Of a stretch of 60,496 nt of DNA, positions 27,594 to 41,344 are shown piece after piece. A model generated the notes under the pieces. The model saw only the letters and a program-made list of their open reading frames with translations. It ran no database searches and had not been told where the DNA came from. The translations under genes were made by a program, and so were the position numbers. Position 1 is the stretch's first letter, and each line of letters begins with the position of its first letter. The stretch is from Tubiluchus corallicola (Eukaryota > Animalia > Priapulida), in NCBI GenBank assembly GCA_030141605.1, contig JAQGDQ010001131.1, positions 1 through 60,496 on the forward strand, in the 5' to 3' direction.

Positions 27594-28308
27594 GCAGAGT
27601 TGAGAAGGTTACTAATGTTTTGATAGTAAATTGTGTTTTATAACTTTTTTAAGATGTTAATTAGTTAACATAGTCTAATTATTAAACGACTCCTCTAAAT
27701 TGACTCTGTAAAAACCCGACACTTCAACCGACACTCGTCCGATTCGAATTCGTCGAGTGCTGAGACTCTCCAGACTGAGTATCATTAGCATTCATACGAT
27801 TAAGAAGCTAAATTCACCAAAAGGCAACCGCCGCTAGGTCGTCTAGAGATTAGCTTAGATTGTTTGCTCTGCTTTCAGTAGCGGGTTCAGTTGCTGGGAC
27901 AACACTGCACAACAGCACAACCATGCAACTGTATCGTGTTTGGACGTGTTCATTCATATGCTAATCACACGAGCATAATAGCATTTTATCACATGAGCTT
28001 ATAGTATCAAATTATGACGAAAAATGAGTAAAGATTTAGCAGAAGACAGTGACTAGTAGACGTGAATCGAATTACTGTTGTATTTTTCTGTTAGACTCGT
28101 GATTCATGTTGCAAAAGTTACAGGTTTTACAATTGTAAAGGCAAGTTCGCATTGAGGGTAGGCAACAAACTGGCAAACTTATAACTTGGTTTTGTTGCAT
28201 ATACCCGCCAAAGCTAAGTCTTAAAAATCTTGTTTTGTAAAAGCAACAAAGTCGTTCAGTCCTAGACATTTTTTATTAAAACTATTGTTTAAACTATTAA
28301 CGTTTTCG

Positions 28309-28877
<569 letters not shown>

Positions 28878-29370
28878 GTTTAGTTTTATTACTAAATCCT
28901 TCTAACGTTTTCGCGAACATTTTGAAATAAGCCTGACTTCTCAGAAGGCTTGAGTTTTCCTTTAACTTCCCGTGTTGAAACTTATTTATGGATGGATTTC
29001 CTGTAACTGTTTGCTGTAGCTACTGCCTTTATTCAACGCACAATGTTTAATCTATGAAATTTGATCTATACCGTCTTACATGAACTTGAATAAAAACAAA
29101 AAATATGCCAGTTTTTTTTTCTTAAAACCGCCGTTGACATAATGTAGTCATTTTGACGGCGCAAAAATACCTGCAAACTCGCTTTCTTCTAGATCGCATC
29201 TAGCTTTCGGCGAAATAAAGCTTTTATACAAGACAGCAAAATAACCGCTTGTTGTGTGTTAGTAGTGTTGGTATTCCTCGAAAAGAAATTTAGTACAAAT
29301 TTAATCGAAATTAATAATTCATTTTTGCGAAATCATAAAACATGTAAAAATAAGAACACAAAACGTACAT

Positions 29371-29423
<53 letters not shown>

Positions 29424-29462
29424 TACTACTACAGTAGTAGTAGTAGTACTGCTACTACTAGT
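29371..29462. repeat. (CAA)n then (TAC/TAG)n microsatellite
   Basis: Directly visible. Confidence 0.9.
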
Positions 29463-29654
29463 GGTGTTACTGCTACTAAAATTAAAGTTACTCTTACTCA
29501 AAGTTACTGTTATTTAAGTTACTGTAACTCAAAGTTCCTGTTACTCAAGTTACTGTAAATTTTGCATATCCGTTCTTTGCTAAGTATAGTTGAAATTTTT
29601 ATGCCTACATTATAATTACATTAAGTTCGTACTGATTAGTATGAAAATTGATAT

Positions 29655-29921
29655 AGAAAACCAATTAGTTCTAAACATTCTGCCACCTGTCGGCAGCAAA
29701 TGTAATAAAATCGCGCATCCAATAATAATTGCCAGGTTAATAAAGCTCGTCCAATCAGCGTACAGGAATCGTTGCAAGGTACCGCCCCCTTGCAGTCCAC
29801 ATGCGTACCTGATAGCAGATCAATTACACCACCCAGGTAGGAGTGCAATCGTATCACAGTGCACACACAGGTGCAAATACCTGTCCGTAAAGCAAACCTG
29901 AGATTTACCTGTGAAAACTAT
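29655..29921 (+). promoter_or_regulatory. Candidate proximal promoter/enhancer of NK2.2
   Basis: CCAAT at 29661, 29719 and 29751 (GTCCAATCAG), GC box CCGCCCCC at 29782, six CAGGTR sites, Gli-like CACCACCCA at 29827, donor-like GTAAGT at 29922. Confidence 0.6.
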
Positions 29922-29967
29922 GTAAGTTCTGCGAGAGAAACCATTTTAACTTATATGAAATTTTTAG

Positions 29968-30165
29968 GCGTGGATGCGGCCACAATGGCTGTAACTGGAG
30001 CGAAGACTAGTAGTTTTACCGTGAAAGACATTTTAGAACTTCAAGAACCAAAGGAGGGTTTGAGAACTAGCGTGCCGCACGCGGGGTTTCCCGGATATGC
30101 ATACGAGGAGGCAGAAAATCACTACTTCCGGTGGCTGCAAAATTCGGAAAACCTGCCCTATACAG
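29968..30165 (+). CDS. Nkx2-2: NK2.2/vnd exon encoding the TN (eh1, Groucho-binding) motif; internal start ATG at 29985
   Basis: MAVTGAKTSSFTVKDILEL matches the Nkx2.2 N-terminus (KTGFSVKDILDL) and ENHYFRWLQNSENLPYT matches DNPYTRWLASTEGLQYS; Kozak GCCACAATGG; donor G|GTTAGT, phase 1; acceptor TTTTTAG at 29967. Confidence 0.93.
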
Positions 30166-30843
30166 GTTAGTAGCAAAGAGTTATACCAGATTTCAAATTT
30201 GACCTAGTAACTGACCTTGTAACGTTACTAGTCTATATGGCCACATTTGACCATAAATGGTGATGCGTATATAATTTTTATTATGACCTAATAAGGAGAT
30301 CCGTCGGAAAGTTACGCTAATTTATTTTAATGCTTCGTAGAAGAAATTGAAGAATATAGAATGAAATTTTTAAGGTCAATTAATATATATATATGTATAA
30401 AAAACTATTATAAAATTCATATTCGCTTGTCTATTCGTTTAAGGTAGACGAGTTTTTTAACGAAACGTCACAATTTTACGCAACTTTCCAATGAATTTAA
30501 TTAGCAAAAGTAATTATCGTTTACAACTTTTTTGGGCTGAACCTTGTAAACAAAGGTAAACAAGAATTCTAGACGAAAATACGCAAACAACCCTTAAACC
30601 TGTACCCGTTATTTCAAGCTCTTGAATGCGTCGATAACATTTATAGGATTAACAACAACTACCCTAGTAATGCAGTAAATGCAGTAAATGTAGTAATTAT
30701 TGCTGTTTGTATCATCATTAATACCAGACTTCATAAATGGTGTTTGCGGTTCATGCATAATATGTCACAATCTGAGTAAATTTTTTTATTTTTTCGAAAA
30801 AACATTGTTTTAAATAATCCATTTAGTTAGGCCTGCACTATAG

Positions 30844-30888
<45 letters not shown>

Positions 30889-31026
30889 GTTGTTGTTGTT
30901 GTTGTTGTTGTGATTGTTGTTGTTATTATTATTATTATTATTATTATTGTTGTTGTTGTTGTTGTTGTTGTTATTATTATTATTATTATTGTTGTTGTTA
31001 TTGTTATTATTATTATTATTATTATT
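30844..31026. repeat. (TAT/TGT)n microsatellite
   Basis: Directly visible. Confidence 0.95.
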
Positions 31027-32046
31027 AAAATACCTAGGTTATTATTATTTTTACTTGTCCTACATTACATTACTGTGAAGGTAATTTAATTTTAATTAGT
31101 ACGCCTCCGCGCGCGTGTCAATCTCACAAAGCCGCCCTGTAATTAATAAAGTAGCGACTAATTGATCGAACAATCATTTATGTCAACAATATTGATGATT
31201 TAACGACTTTGATTAACGTATGATGGTAATAACGCTTGCTGTATTCGTTGAGAGGTCGGTAAAAAATATTGAAATATCTCTCATATTAGAGAGGCATATA
31301 ATGTGAGAAAATATGAGATATGAGAAAATGTATGTAGAACTATATGAGAGATATGAGATACTTTATGTAAGTGTTATAGCAGCACGGAAGATGAATTTCA
31401 CTTTAGTATGCAATGCAATGTTTATTGTTAAGAAAGGACTACGTTCTTATATCAAATATCAGATATCTTTCCAGAATTCTCATCCACGTATGATATTCAT
31501 AAATTTATATTTTTAAACAAAAGTTGAGATGTGGAAGTCAAGAAATTGTTGATTAACTATGTGCATAAAATTTCAACAATACGAGATTCTAAATTAAGAT
31601 GCACGAATTAATTTTGCTAAGAATTAAAGTATTGAATCAGCACTGTGATATATATATGTAGATGTGTTTGTTATAAATTATGACATTTTTATCAACTTCG
31701 CTTAAAAAGAGTCCTGTGTTTGTAGGGGCGTGTTCTTGTATGCTTTGTTTATTTTAATGTGTCATTTGTTTATTGTATTTGTGTTTATGTTTGTGAAATA
31801 AAGCGTTTATTATTATTATTATTGTTATTATAAAGTTAATAAGGTTTTATAGAAACTTGTTAATTTTCGGTATATTGTTGTACATTGAAAACTGTCTTGA
31901 CACACGTTCAACTTTTTGCAGTTAAAACATTTTTCGTTTTACTAAACTTTATACAGAAAGAGTTTAAACGTTGCCACAAAAATAAGCTGAGAAATTTGAA
32001 ATTTTTAGTGCTCATTTTTGTTGAATTATTTAAATTTAGCCTTTTT

Positions 32047-32687
32047 TTAAAGCAGAAACAGACCCAATCTTATTCGCTAGTTTTAGACGGGCACTAGCGC
32101 CTGCTTTTCGAAAAAGCGTTGCACAAAAAACAGGTGTTGTAGCTCTCAGTTCAGGTATGTTAGTTTGTGACGAACTTCATACGTTCGACAGCACAGCGGT
32201 AAATTTGAAATTTGAATTTTTATCTTAAAACTTGCCAAGTTTTAGTGCAACACACTGAATATCTTACAGTAGCACTGTACTTCAATTTTCGCTTTCGCAA
32301 ACACGCGCAACACGCTAGTGGAATGTTTTTGCAGTTGTCAATTATGTTAGTTTGTGATGTCATCAATAGATTGGCTAAATTAAGATTTAATCTATCATTT
32401 AGTTATCAGAAGCGCTTTTACATTATTAACTGTGCTAAAATACATACATTTTATTGAACTTGAAATTAGGATAATATATGAAAAATCATCCTGTCTTCCA
32501 TCAATTTATTTGATGTTATTATTTCTTGAAGGAATTGTTTATGTTTATGTTTGTGTTTATGTATAAAATCCTTGTCCAAATCTTGTCTATATAATGAATT
32601 GTTCAACTTTATAACCCACTGTTTATTAATTGCTCTGATGGGACGACTAGATAGCTTGCTCCTTGCCCCCCCCCTACAGTGTGTACC
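32047..32687 (+). mobile_element. MITE family A copy with extension (inverted partner of 26125-26892)
   Basis: Starts TTAA-AGCAGAAACAGACCC, has an internal deletion, and carries the same extension as the 26125 copy. Confidence 0.9.
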
Positions 32688-33025
32688 GTGAGTTTCTATA
32701 ATTATTGTTTTATTTATTCTTCTTTTTGACTTGATTCATAATTTGATGATTTCTACAGTAGTTGAAACGTCGTTCAGTAAACATAGTGAAACCTTTTACA
32801 TATTTGGAAGATAGAAGATTAATCAAAGACATCCTCTCTACAAAAACTGTTGCACTGCTCCGTGATTATTGAAATTTTCTGTGTTTTTTGGAAATTATAT
32901 CAGAAATTGAAACATGGAATACGGTTTGCTTAAAATTTGAGGATGAAACAAAACTGACAATTAATATTTTTCAACGAAACTTAATCGAAGGGATAGAAAT
33001 TCGATTGACAATTGATCCAATCATA

Positions 33026-33592
33026 AATTATTATTATTATTATTATTAAAAATCTTTATTGAAAATTATACAAGACGCCCTCTATTTGCAGGGCATAAAA
33101 GTACAAAAATGTTAAATAAGTCTTTACACTATGTACATTAAATAAATTTCTTACTAAACAAGCTGACAATTTTGCATTACGATTTACTTATTCTAAATAT
33201 ATATCCAATATTTATAATCAATGTATAATCAGTTTACTGTAAGATCATTTTGGGTTAGTTCTTTTACAATATCTATATACATTTTAATAACATTAGTGTC
33301 TCTCTTTCTGTAAATGTTTCGAATGTCATTATTTTCTAAGCTGCGTTCGAGATTTACTCTTATATCTTGTCTAACCAATGGTAACGGACAATGAAAAATT
33401 AAATGTTCTGGGGTTTGACTGCCCAAACTGCAAACACACAGATCTGAATCAGTTATACCTATCCTGTATTTAAATGATTTGCAACCTCTTCCAAGTAGAA
33501 GAGCTAACGCGCTTGTTTCTATAAATCTGTCATATTTACTGACTGGTATATCTAATGGTGTTGTAAATACAGGAATTAACTGTCATGGATTA
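33026..33592 (-). mobile_element. 5'-truncated non-LTR retrotransposon with CCHC zinc knuckle, (TAA)n tail and 9-bp TSD
   Basis: Open frame 33582-33229 (...ITDSDLCVCSLGSQTPEHLIFHCP...), then AATAAA and a (TAA)n tail; CCAATCATA duplicated at 33017-33025 and 33593-33601. Confidence 0.85.
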
Positions 33593-33605
33593 CCAATCAT
33601 ATACT

Positions 33606-34129
33606 AAAGATCAAAACAGTAAAATATTGAAAAAGAACATTCCAATTTCTAATTTCGCTTGCTAGTTCTTTTTGTACCGTTATAAATGCATTTCGCCTAC
33701 AATCCCAGTAACTTGTTGCACAAAAAATAGATGTTTTTCTTCTCAAGTCAGATGTGGTTCAGTTGTGACGTAGTGCATGCGTTCGAGAACTCATGCTATC
33801 AGCGCAGCGCTACACTTAAAATATGAATTTTAGACTTAAAATTTGGGGAGTTTTTTTGTGCAACACACTGAGTATCTTATAGTAGCACTGTACTTCAATT
33901 TTTGCTTTCACAAACACTTGCAACACGCGCTCGCGGAATATTTGTGCTATTGAAAATTATGTTCAGTTGTGATGTCATTATTAGTTGAGCTTGTCAGCTG
34001 GGTTATTTAAGTTCTTAAGTTATTATTTAATTATCACAAACTCTTTGCCATTACTATAGGTGTTAAAATATTTACTTTTTACCATATGTTCAAAAATGGG
34101 GTATGAAAAATTTTACAGTTTTCCTTTAA
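33606..34129 (+). mobile_element. MITE family A copy (diverged)
   Basis: Family core present; ends CAGTTTTCCT-TTAA. Confidence 0.8.
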
Positions 34130-34659
34130 AATTTTAAATGCAGTCTTATGGGTCTACAAAAGTACTTTTAGTGGCTCAAATAAAGATGAAAACAATATTA
34201 AATAACTCTGCTGTCTAAATTAGACATTAATGAAATAATAGAATTGTATTATTAGCAAATATAGCAGACGTCACTCATAACAAACCTACTTAAATGTTCA
34301 GCAGTTATACTAAAAATGTGAGTGATTAGGGTGGATCCATCTCGGCTGTTGAACTCCCTCCTCTCCTGATTTAATAAGAACAAGCTCTCACGTTTCAACC
34401 ACAAAATTTCAGATGCAATTTTATGCTCGCTTAAATTTTTGAAAATGGCGCCCTTGCAGAGATGCGCCATTTGTTTTGTTTCAGAAAATTTTGGTTGCGC
34501 CATCTATTGTCAACATTTGTTGACAGAGGCGGTTAGATAGGTCAATAAGCCGAGTCAGTACTGCCCTGAGCTTTCATTACAGCAGAGCTGCCTGATTTAA
34601 TGTGTTTTCACAGCAGCTAATACGTCTTGATTGATGCTGTAGGGGTGGGGTGAGACTGG

Positions 34660-35001
<342 letters not shown>

Positions 35002-35340
35002 GTTACTCGAGATGTAGTAGACGTATTTTTTGTTCCAGAAATTCATCTTTAAATTTCGTTGTTGTTTTAATTATATAAAATTGCTCGCTAACCGGCAGCT
35101 GCACCACCACAAATCAACCGAGATTTCTGACGTAGTGCGCATGCTCAGTTCAATAAAGTTACTATAGCGTAACATCCTCTCACTAATGCGTAAGAGTTGC
35201 GTGCTTTATTGCAGCTTGTTGGGCTATAATTAAGCAATTAAAATAAACGTAAATTGCGCAGAGAATGGGGTGGAGTGGGGTAGGGAGTGTTGGTCAGGAT
35301 TTTGATTTTGTGGGCCCCTGGGCTATAGATGCTGTGAGCC

Positions 35341-37371
35341 CAATTAACAAAAGCGTGAATGTTGGATTTTTCAAATCAGTTTATTTAACTTCTACAACAT
35401 AATGCCAACATTAGGCCCCACAGTGACAATTAACAAAAGCGTGAATGTTGGATTCTTCAAATCAGTTTATTCAACTTCTACAACATAACGCCAACATTAG
35501 GCCCACAGTGACAATTAGCAAAAGCGTGAATGTTGGATTCTTCAAATCAGTTTATTCAACTTTTACAACATAATGCCAACATTAGGCCCACAGTGACAAT
35601 TAACAAAAGCGTGAATGTTGGATTCTTCAAATCAGTTTATTCAACTTCTACAGCATAATGCCAACATTAGGTTCACAGTGACAATTAGCAAAAGCATGAA
35701 TGTTGGATTCTTCAAATCAGTTTACTCAACTTCTGCAACATAATGCCAACATTAGGCCCACGGTGACAATTAGCAAAAGCATGAATGTTGGATTCTTCAA
35801 ATCAGTTTATTCAACTTCTACAACATAATGCCAACATTAGGCCCACGGTGACAATTAGCAAAAGCATGAATGTTGGATTCTTCAAATCAGTTTATTCAAC
35901 TTCTACAACATAATGCCAACATTAGGCGCACAGTGACAATTAATAAAAGCATGAATGTTGGATTCTTCAAATCAGTTTATTCAACTTTTACAATACAATG
36001 CCAACATTAGGCCCACAGTGACAATTAGCAAAAGCATGAATGTTGGATTCTTCAAATCAGTTTATTCAACTTCTACAACATAACGCCAACATTAGGCCCA
36101 CAGTGACAATTAGCAAAAGCATGAATGTTGGATTTTTCAAATCAGTTTATTCAACTTCTGCAACATAATGCCAACATTAGGCCCACGGTGACAATTAGCA
36201 AAAGCATGAATGTTGGATTCTTCAAATCAGTTTATTCAACTTCTACAGCATAATGCTAACATTAGGCCCACAGTGACAATTAGCAAAAGCATGAATGTTG
36301 GATTTTTCAAATCAGTTTATTCAACTTCTGCAACATAATGCCAACATTAGGCCCACGGTGACAATTAGCAAAAGCATGAATGTTGGATTCTTCAAATCAG
36401 TTTATTCAACTTCTACAACATAACGCCAACATTAGGCCCACAGTGACAATTAGCAAAAGCGTGAATGTTGGATTCTTCAAATCAGTTTATTCAACTTCTA
36501 CAACATAACGCCAACATTAGGCCCACAGTGACAATTAACAAAAGCATGAATGTTGGATTCTTCAAATCAGTTTATTCAACTTTTACAATACAATGCCAAC
36601 ATTAGGCCCACAGTGACAATTAGCAAAAGCATGAATGTTGGATTCTTCAAATCAGTTTATTCAACTTCTACAACATAACGCCAACATTAGGCCCACAGTG
36701 ACAATTAGCAAAAGCATGAATGTTGGATTTTTCAAATCAGTTTATTCAACTTCTGCAACATAATGCCAACATTAGGCCCACGGTGACAATTAGCAAAAGC
36801 ATGAATGTTGGATTCTTCAAATCAGTTTATTCAACTTCTACAGCATAATGCTAACATTAGGCCCACAGTGACAATTAGCAAAAGCATGAATGTTGGATTT
36901 TTCAAATCAGTTTATTCAACTTCTGCAACATAATGCCAACATTAGGCCCACGGTGACAATTAGCAAAAGCATGAATGTTGGATTCTTCAAATCAGTTTAT
37001 TCAACTTCTACAACATAACGCCAACATTAGGCCCACAGTGACAATTAGCAAAAGCGTGAATGTTGGATTCTTCAAATCAGTTTATTCAACTTCTACAACA
37101 TAACGCCAACATTAGGCCCACAGTGACAATTAACAAAAGCATGAATGTTGGATTCTTCAAATCAGTTTATTCAACTTCTACAACTTAATGCCAACATTAG
37201 GCCCACAGTGACAATTAACAAAAGCGTGAATGTTGGATTCTTCAAATCAGTTTATTCAACTTCTACAACTTAATGCCAACATTAGAAATGCCAACTAAAC
37301 ACAACAAAAGCGTGAATGTTGGATTCTTCAAATCGGTTTATTCAACTTCCACAACTTAATGCCAACATTAG
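35341..37371. repeat. Intronic satellite, 85-bp unit, about 24 copies
   Basis: Unit GCCCACAGTGACAATTAGCAAAAGCATGAATGTTGGATTCTTCAAATCAGTTTATTCAACTTCTACAACATAATGCCAACATTAG; starts at 35501, 35586 and so on. Confidence 0.97.
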
Positions 37372-37654
37372 AAATGCCAACTAAACACAACAAAAAGAGA
37401 AGAGATATTCCCATATTTACAAAATTAAAATAAGTTTTTTAAATATTAAATGTAACACGTACAAATTATAATAAATAAATTATCATAAAATATACTGTTA
37501 CTAGCACTAGTTAACTTTTCACAGTAAGTTAATTTCACTTAATCTCCAGGGGCGTCTCAGCTGCCCCCGGGCTGCATCGCATAAAGCTCCGGCACTGGGG
37601 GAGGGGTACAGGCTAGTCATGGAATTCCATCCATGTTTTCAATTCTTATTTATA

Positions 37655-38290
37655 GGGAGATTTTTCATATACTACCCCATTTTCAAGTCCGATAAACAGT
37701 AACACAGTCGATACTACAAAAGCGTTTCTGATAATTAAATGAAAGATTAAAATCGTAATTAACGATGAACGAGCCCAACAATTGATGACATCACAAACGA
37801 ACATAATTTTCAACAGCAAAAGCTCAACTAATAATGACGTCACAACTGAACATAATTTTCAACAGCAAAAATATTACATGACCGTGTTGCACGTGTTTAT
37901 GAAAGCCAAAATTTAAGTACAGTGCTATACAGATATACAGTTGTACTAAAACTAAGCAAGTTTTAAGATAAAAATTAAAATTTCAAATGTACCGCTGTGC
38001 TCACGCATCAGCTGTCGAACGTGTGCAGTCCGTCACAAACTAACACATCTGAACTGATGGGTACAGCACCTTTTTTTGTGCAACGCTTTCTGAAATGCAG
38101 GCGCCAGTGCCTGAATGGTGAAATGCATGTAACAGTTAAGAACTAGTGGTGCGAACACGAAATTGTGGTTGTGTTGTAACAATTCTTTCACGTAAGTCAT
38201 TTGTGAAAAAATAGCACGTTTCCTTTCAATATTTTAAAGAGTAGATTGTTTTGACCTACAGTTTGAGACTTGGTTTAATTTGGTTTTATG
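37655..38290 (-). mobile_element. MITE family A copy (reverse) with small internal duplication
   Basis: Reverse complement of 20151-20803; ACATAATTTTCAACAGCAAAA duplicated at about 37801 and 37850. Confidence 0.85.
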
Positions 38291-39209
38291 CCTACATTGT
38301 ACAGCGCTACAGTTTTTAATTTAAGGGAAGTATTTAGTGCAGCGCACCCTGTTGAGTCTGAGCAAACTATTGCATGTGTTCTCATGACTACGACACTTGC
38401 CAAGCCAGGTGGTTCGAAGCTAAGTGATGATTTTTTTTGGTCTTTCAATATTTTATGTTTTCTAATTGTTAAATTTTGTTTTTCGAGCAATTAAGGGTTA
38501 AGACGGTTAACTTTTTAGTAGTTTTTAGTAGATAAAATAAACTGGAGACGAAAGTGTAAAAGGAAGAAAGAAGAAGAAGAAGGAAAGGGGTAAAGAGTAT
38601 CTTCTTTTCTTTTTCAAATTTTTTCTTTTTTTGATCATTTTGTCATTTCTTTCTTTTTTGGTTTTATTTGTTCACCCTTCGTTCTTTTACTCACCCTATT
38701 TTATCCATCTTTCCTTCTTTCGTCTTTTTACATACCAAAATCGTTTAAAAAGGTGTTCTTGTCCATATGAGGGTGAAAAGCGATAAACGCTCACAATTCT
38801 CCAGACGGCATGCGAGCACATCCCTCTAGAGCCCCATATGGCGTAGGCGAACTCCCACAGACTCCCAATTGACACACTTCTCCAGAGTCCCAGTGGACAT
38901 GGTGTGCGAGCACACTCGTCCAGAGCCCCAGTTGACACGGTGTGCACAAGAAGCCAGACGGAAGCTGGTCGGCGCCACTTTAATTAACCAATTAGGTACC
39001 GTATCAGTTCAATTCACTTGTTGTTTATTAACTTGAGTTGTGATTTATAAGCCACTTTGTGTTCAAGTATAAAGCAGTCATGCATGACAAATGGTTGCAG
39101 CTTGTTCTACAGTTTGCCAATTAAAATCAAGAGCGCAGCTTTTGCTTCTACGTAGAGAGAGTTTCATATATTTGTCACCTTAAATTGGTAAAAGTGGTAA
39201 CACATAATA

Positions 39210-39875
39210 TTACACGGAGATAGCACTATAGACAAAGATGTATTTTTTTTAGCAAAGCACCTTTATCTCATGTAACCAGTGGGCGCCATTTGAACTTCGT
39301 CGAATACACCGTGGCCTGACAATGTGTTATTCTATATTACATAGAGACACTGCTATAGACAAAGATGCATTTTTAGTAAAGCACCTTTATCTAATGTAAC
39401 AGTAGGTCGCCATTTGAAGTTCGTCGAATACACCGTGGCCTGACAATGTGTTATTCTATATTACATGGAGACACTGCTATAGACAAAGATGCATTTTTAG
39501 CAAGGCACCTTTATCTAATGTAACAGTAGGTCGCCATTTGAACTTCGTCGAATACACTGTGGCTTGACAATGTGTTATTCTATATTACATGGAGACACTG
39601 CTATAGACAAAGATGCATTTTTTTAGCAAAACACCTTTATCTAACGCAACCGTGGGCGCCATTTGAACTTCGTCAAATACACTGTGGCTTGACAATCTGT
39701 TATTCTATATTACAGAGATGCATTTTTTAAGCAAAGCACCTTTATCTAATGCAACCGTGGGCGCCATTTGAAGTTCATGGAATGCATTGTGGCCTGAGAA
39801 TGTGTTATTCTATATTACATAGACACAGAGCTCTAAACAATGATGTATTTTTAGCAAGCCATCTTTATCTACTGT
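39210..39875. repeat. Minisatellite, about 124-bp unit, about 5 copies
   Basis: GACACTGCTATAGACAAAGATGC recurs at 39346, 39470 and 39594. Confidence 0.9.
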
Positions 39876-39881
39876 ACCCAG

Positions 39882-40215
39882 GAGACTTGATTGTTTTAAA
39901 ACTTTTTAACGAACAGAATAATTAAAATCTGGAATCAACTCCCTGAGTCTGTCGGTGGTGCCACGTGCGTCTGTGCTCAGAGTAGCAAACTTAAAAAACA
40001 ACGTTTAAAAGATGTAAAACTTAATAATCATTTAACAGGCACCTGTAAGTGTCTTTGGCACGCTGTGCTTTTAACTGTAATCTTTTAACCAGCCATTTTT
40101 ATCTGTCAAATTTACATCTGTGCTGTATATGCACGTTTTATATACACTTCATACTTTTTAGTTTCTTGTAAATATTTTTAACATTTTGTTGAGAAAGATT
40201 ACTTTTTAAATAAAT
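39882..40215 (+). mobile_element. CR1/L2-type LINE 3' fragment
   Basis: Translates ...TNRIIKIWNQLPESV..., the typical ORF2 C-terminal WNxLP motif; frameshifted and followed by AATAAA. Confidence 0.7.
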
Positions 40216-40904
40216 AACGCATACGTCATAAAGCATGAATATTAAAGTATTTTAATATGTGTCTTTCACTAACCGACAGAGTTCCCCCCTCTTTAATGCT
40301 AAACATCATTCCATTTTAAGCACTAATGTTTTTTATCACGATTCACTTTAAATTTTCAGATTATCTCCATTACTTTTTTTCTATCACTGTGTGGGACAAT
40401 CTAACAAGCCCTGCTTTTTGATTGCCCGCAACGCATTTACATTTGTGTATAAGTGAACAGTGTTTGAGGCTTTTCCTGTGCAGTATTTCTTATTTGTATT
40501 ACGTTCATTGTAGGCCCTTTCACTAGATATTGAACATGCAAATATTGTAGATGTGTAAGGTGAAATAAATGACTTATGACTTATGACTAAACAGAAAAAT
40601 TGCCCGTCTGTACCGCCTCATTTTGATTTGACTGTTTTAGACTACGTAAAGAATGCATATATTGGCTAACAGCTAAAGGCAACTGGACTGCAAATCCAGT
40701 GCTGGATTTTAATGCCCGGGCTTTACGGGCTGGCTGCACCTCCAGAGATTAAGTAAATTAATTTACTTTGAAAAGTTACAACAGAATGTAGATAAATAAT
40801 TAAAATCCTGTTCATCAATGATTGTAATATTACTATCTACATATATATATATATACACAAAGAAAACTATCTCTAGCTACAGTATAAAAACATAGGTTTA
40901 TAGT

Positions 40905-41344
40905 AGATTAAAAGAGTCACTGGCGCCTGCATTTCGGAAACGCATTGTACAAACAACAGGTGCTGTACCTCTCAGTTCAGATGTGTTACTTTGTGACGGA
41001 CTGCACGCGTTCGACAGCTCATGCGTGAGCACAGCGGTGCATTTGAAATTTGAATTTTTATCTCAAAACTTTCCTAGTTTTAGTAAACACACTGTATATC
41101 TTACAGAAGCACTGCACTTCAATTTTCGCTTTCACAAATACAACACTTACATGGTATATTGATGTTGAAAATTATGTTAATTTGTGATGTACTAGTTGGG
41201 TTCGTCCATCGTTAATTAAGAATTTCATCCATTATTATTTAATTATCAGAAACGCTTTTACAATATTATTGATGTGGAAATGTATAGTTTATACCGTACT
41301 TGAAAACGGGGTAGGATATGAAAAATCATCTTGTCTTTCTTTAA
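40905..41344 (+). mobile_element. MITE family A copy
   Basis: Family core present; ends ATCATCTTGTCTTTCT-TTAA. Confidence 0.85.

Noticed and set aside
35341-37371. CRISPR-like regular arrays (also 47724-49810 and 39210-39875)
   Set aside because: Units are contiguous with no unique spacers, no cas genes are present, and the context is eukaryotic.
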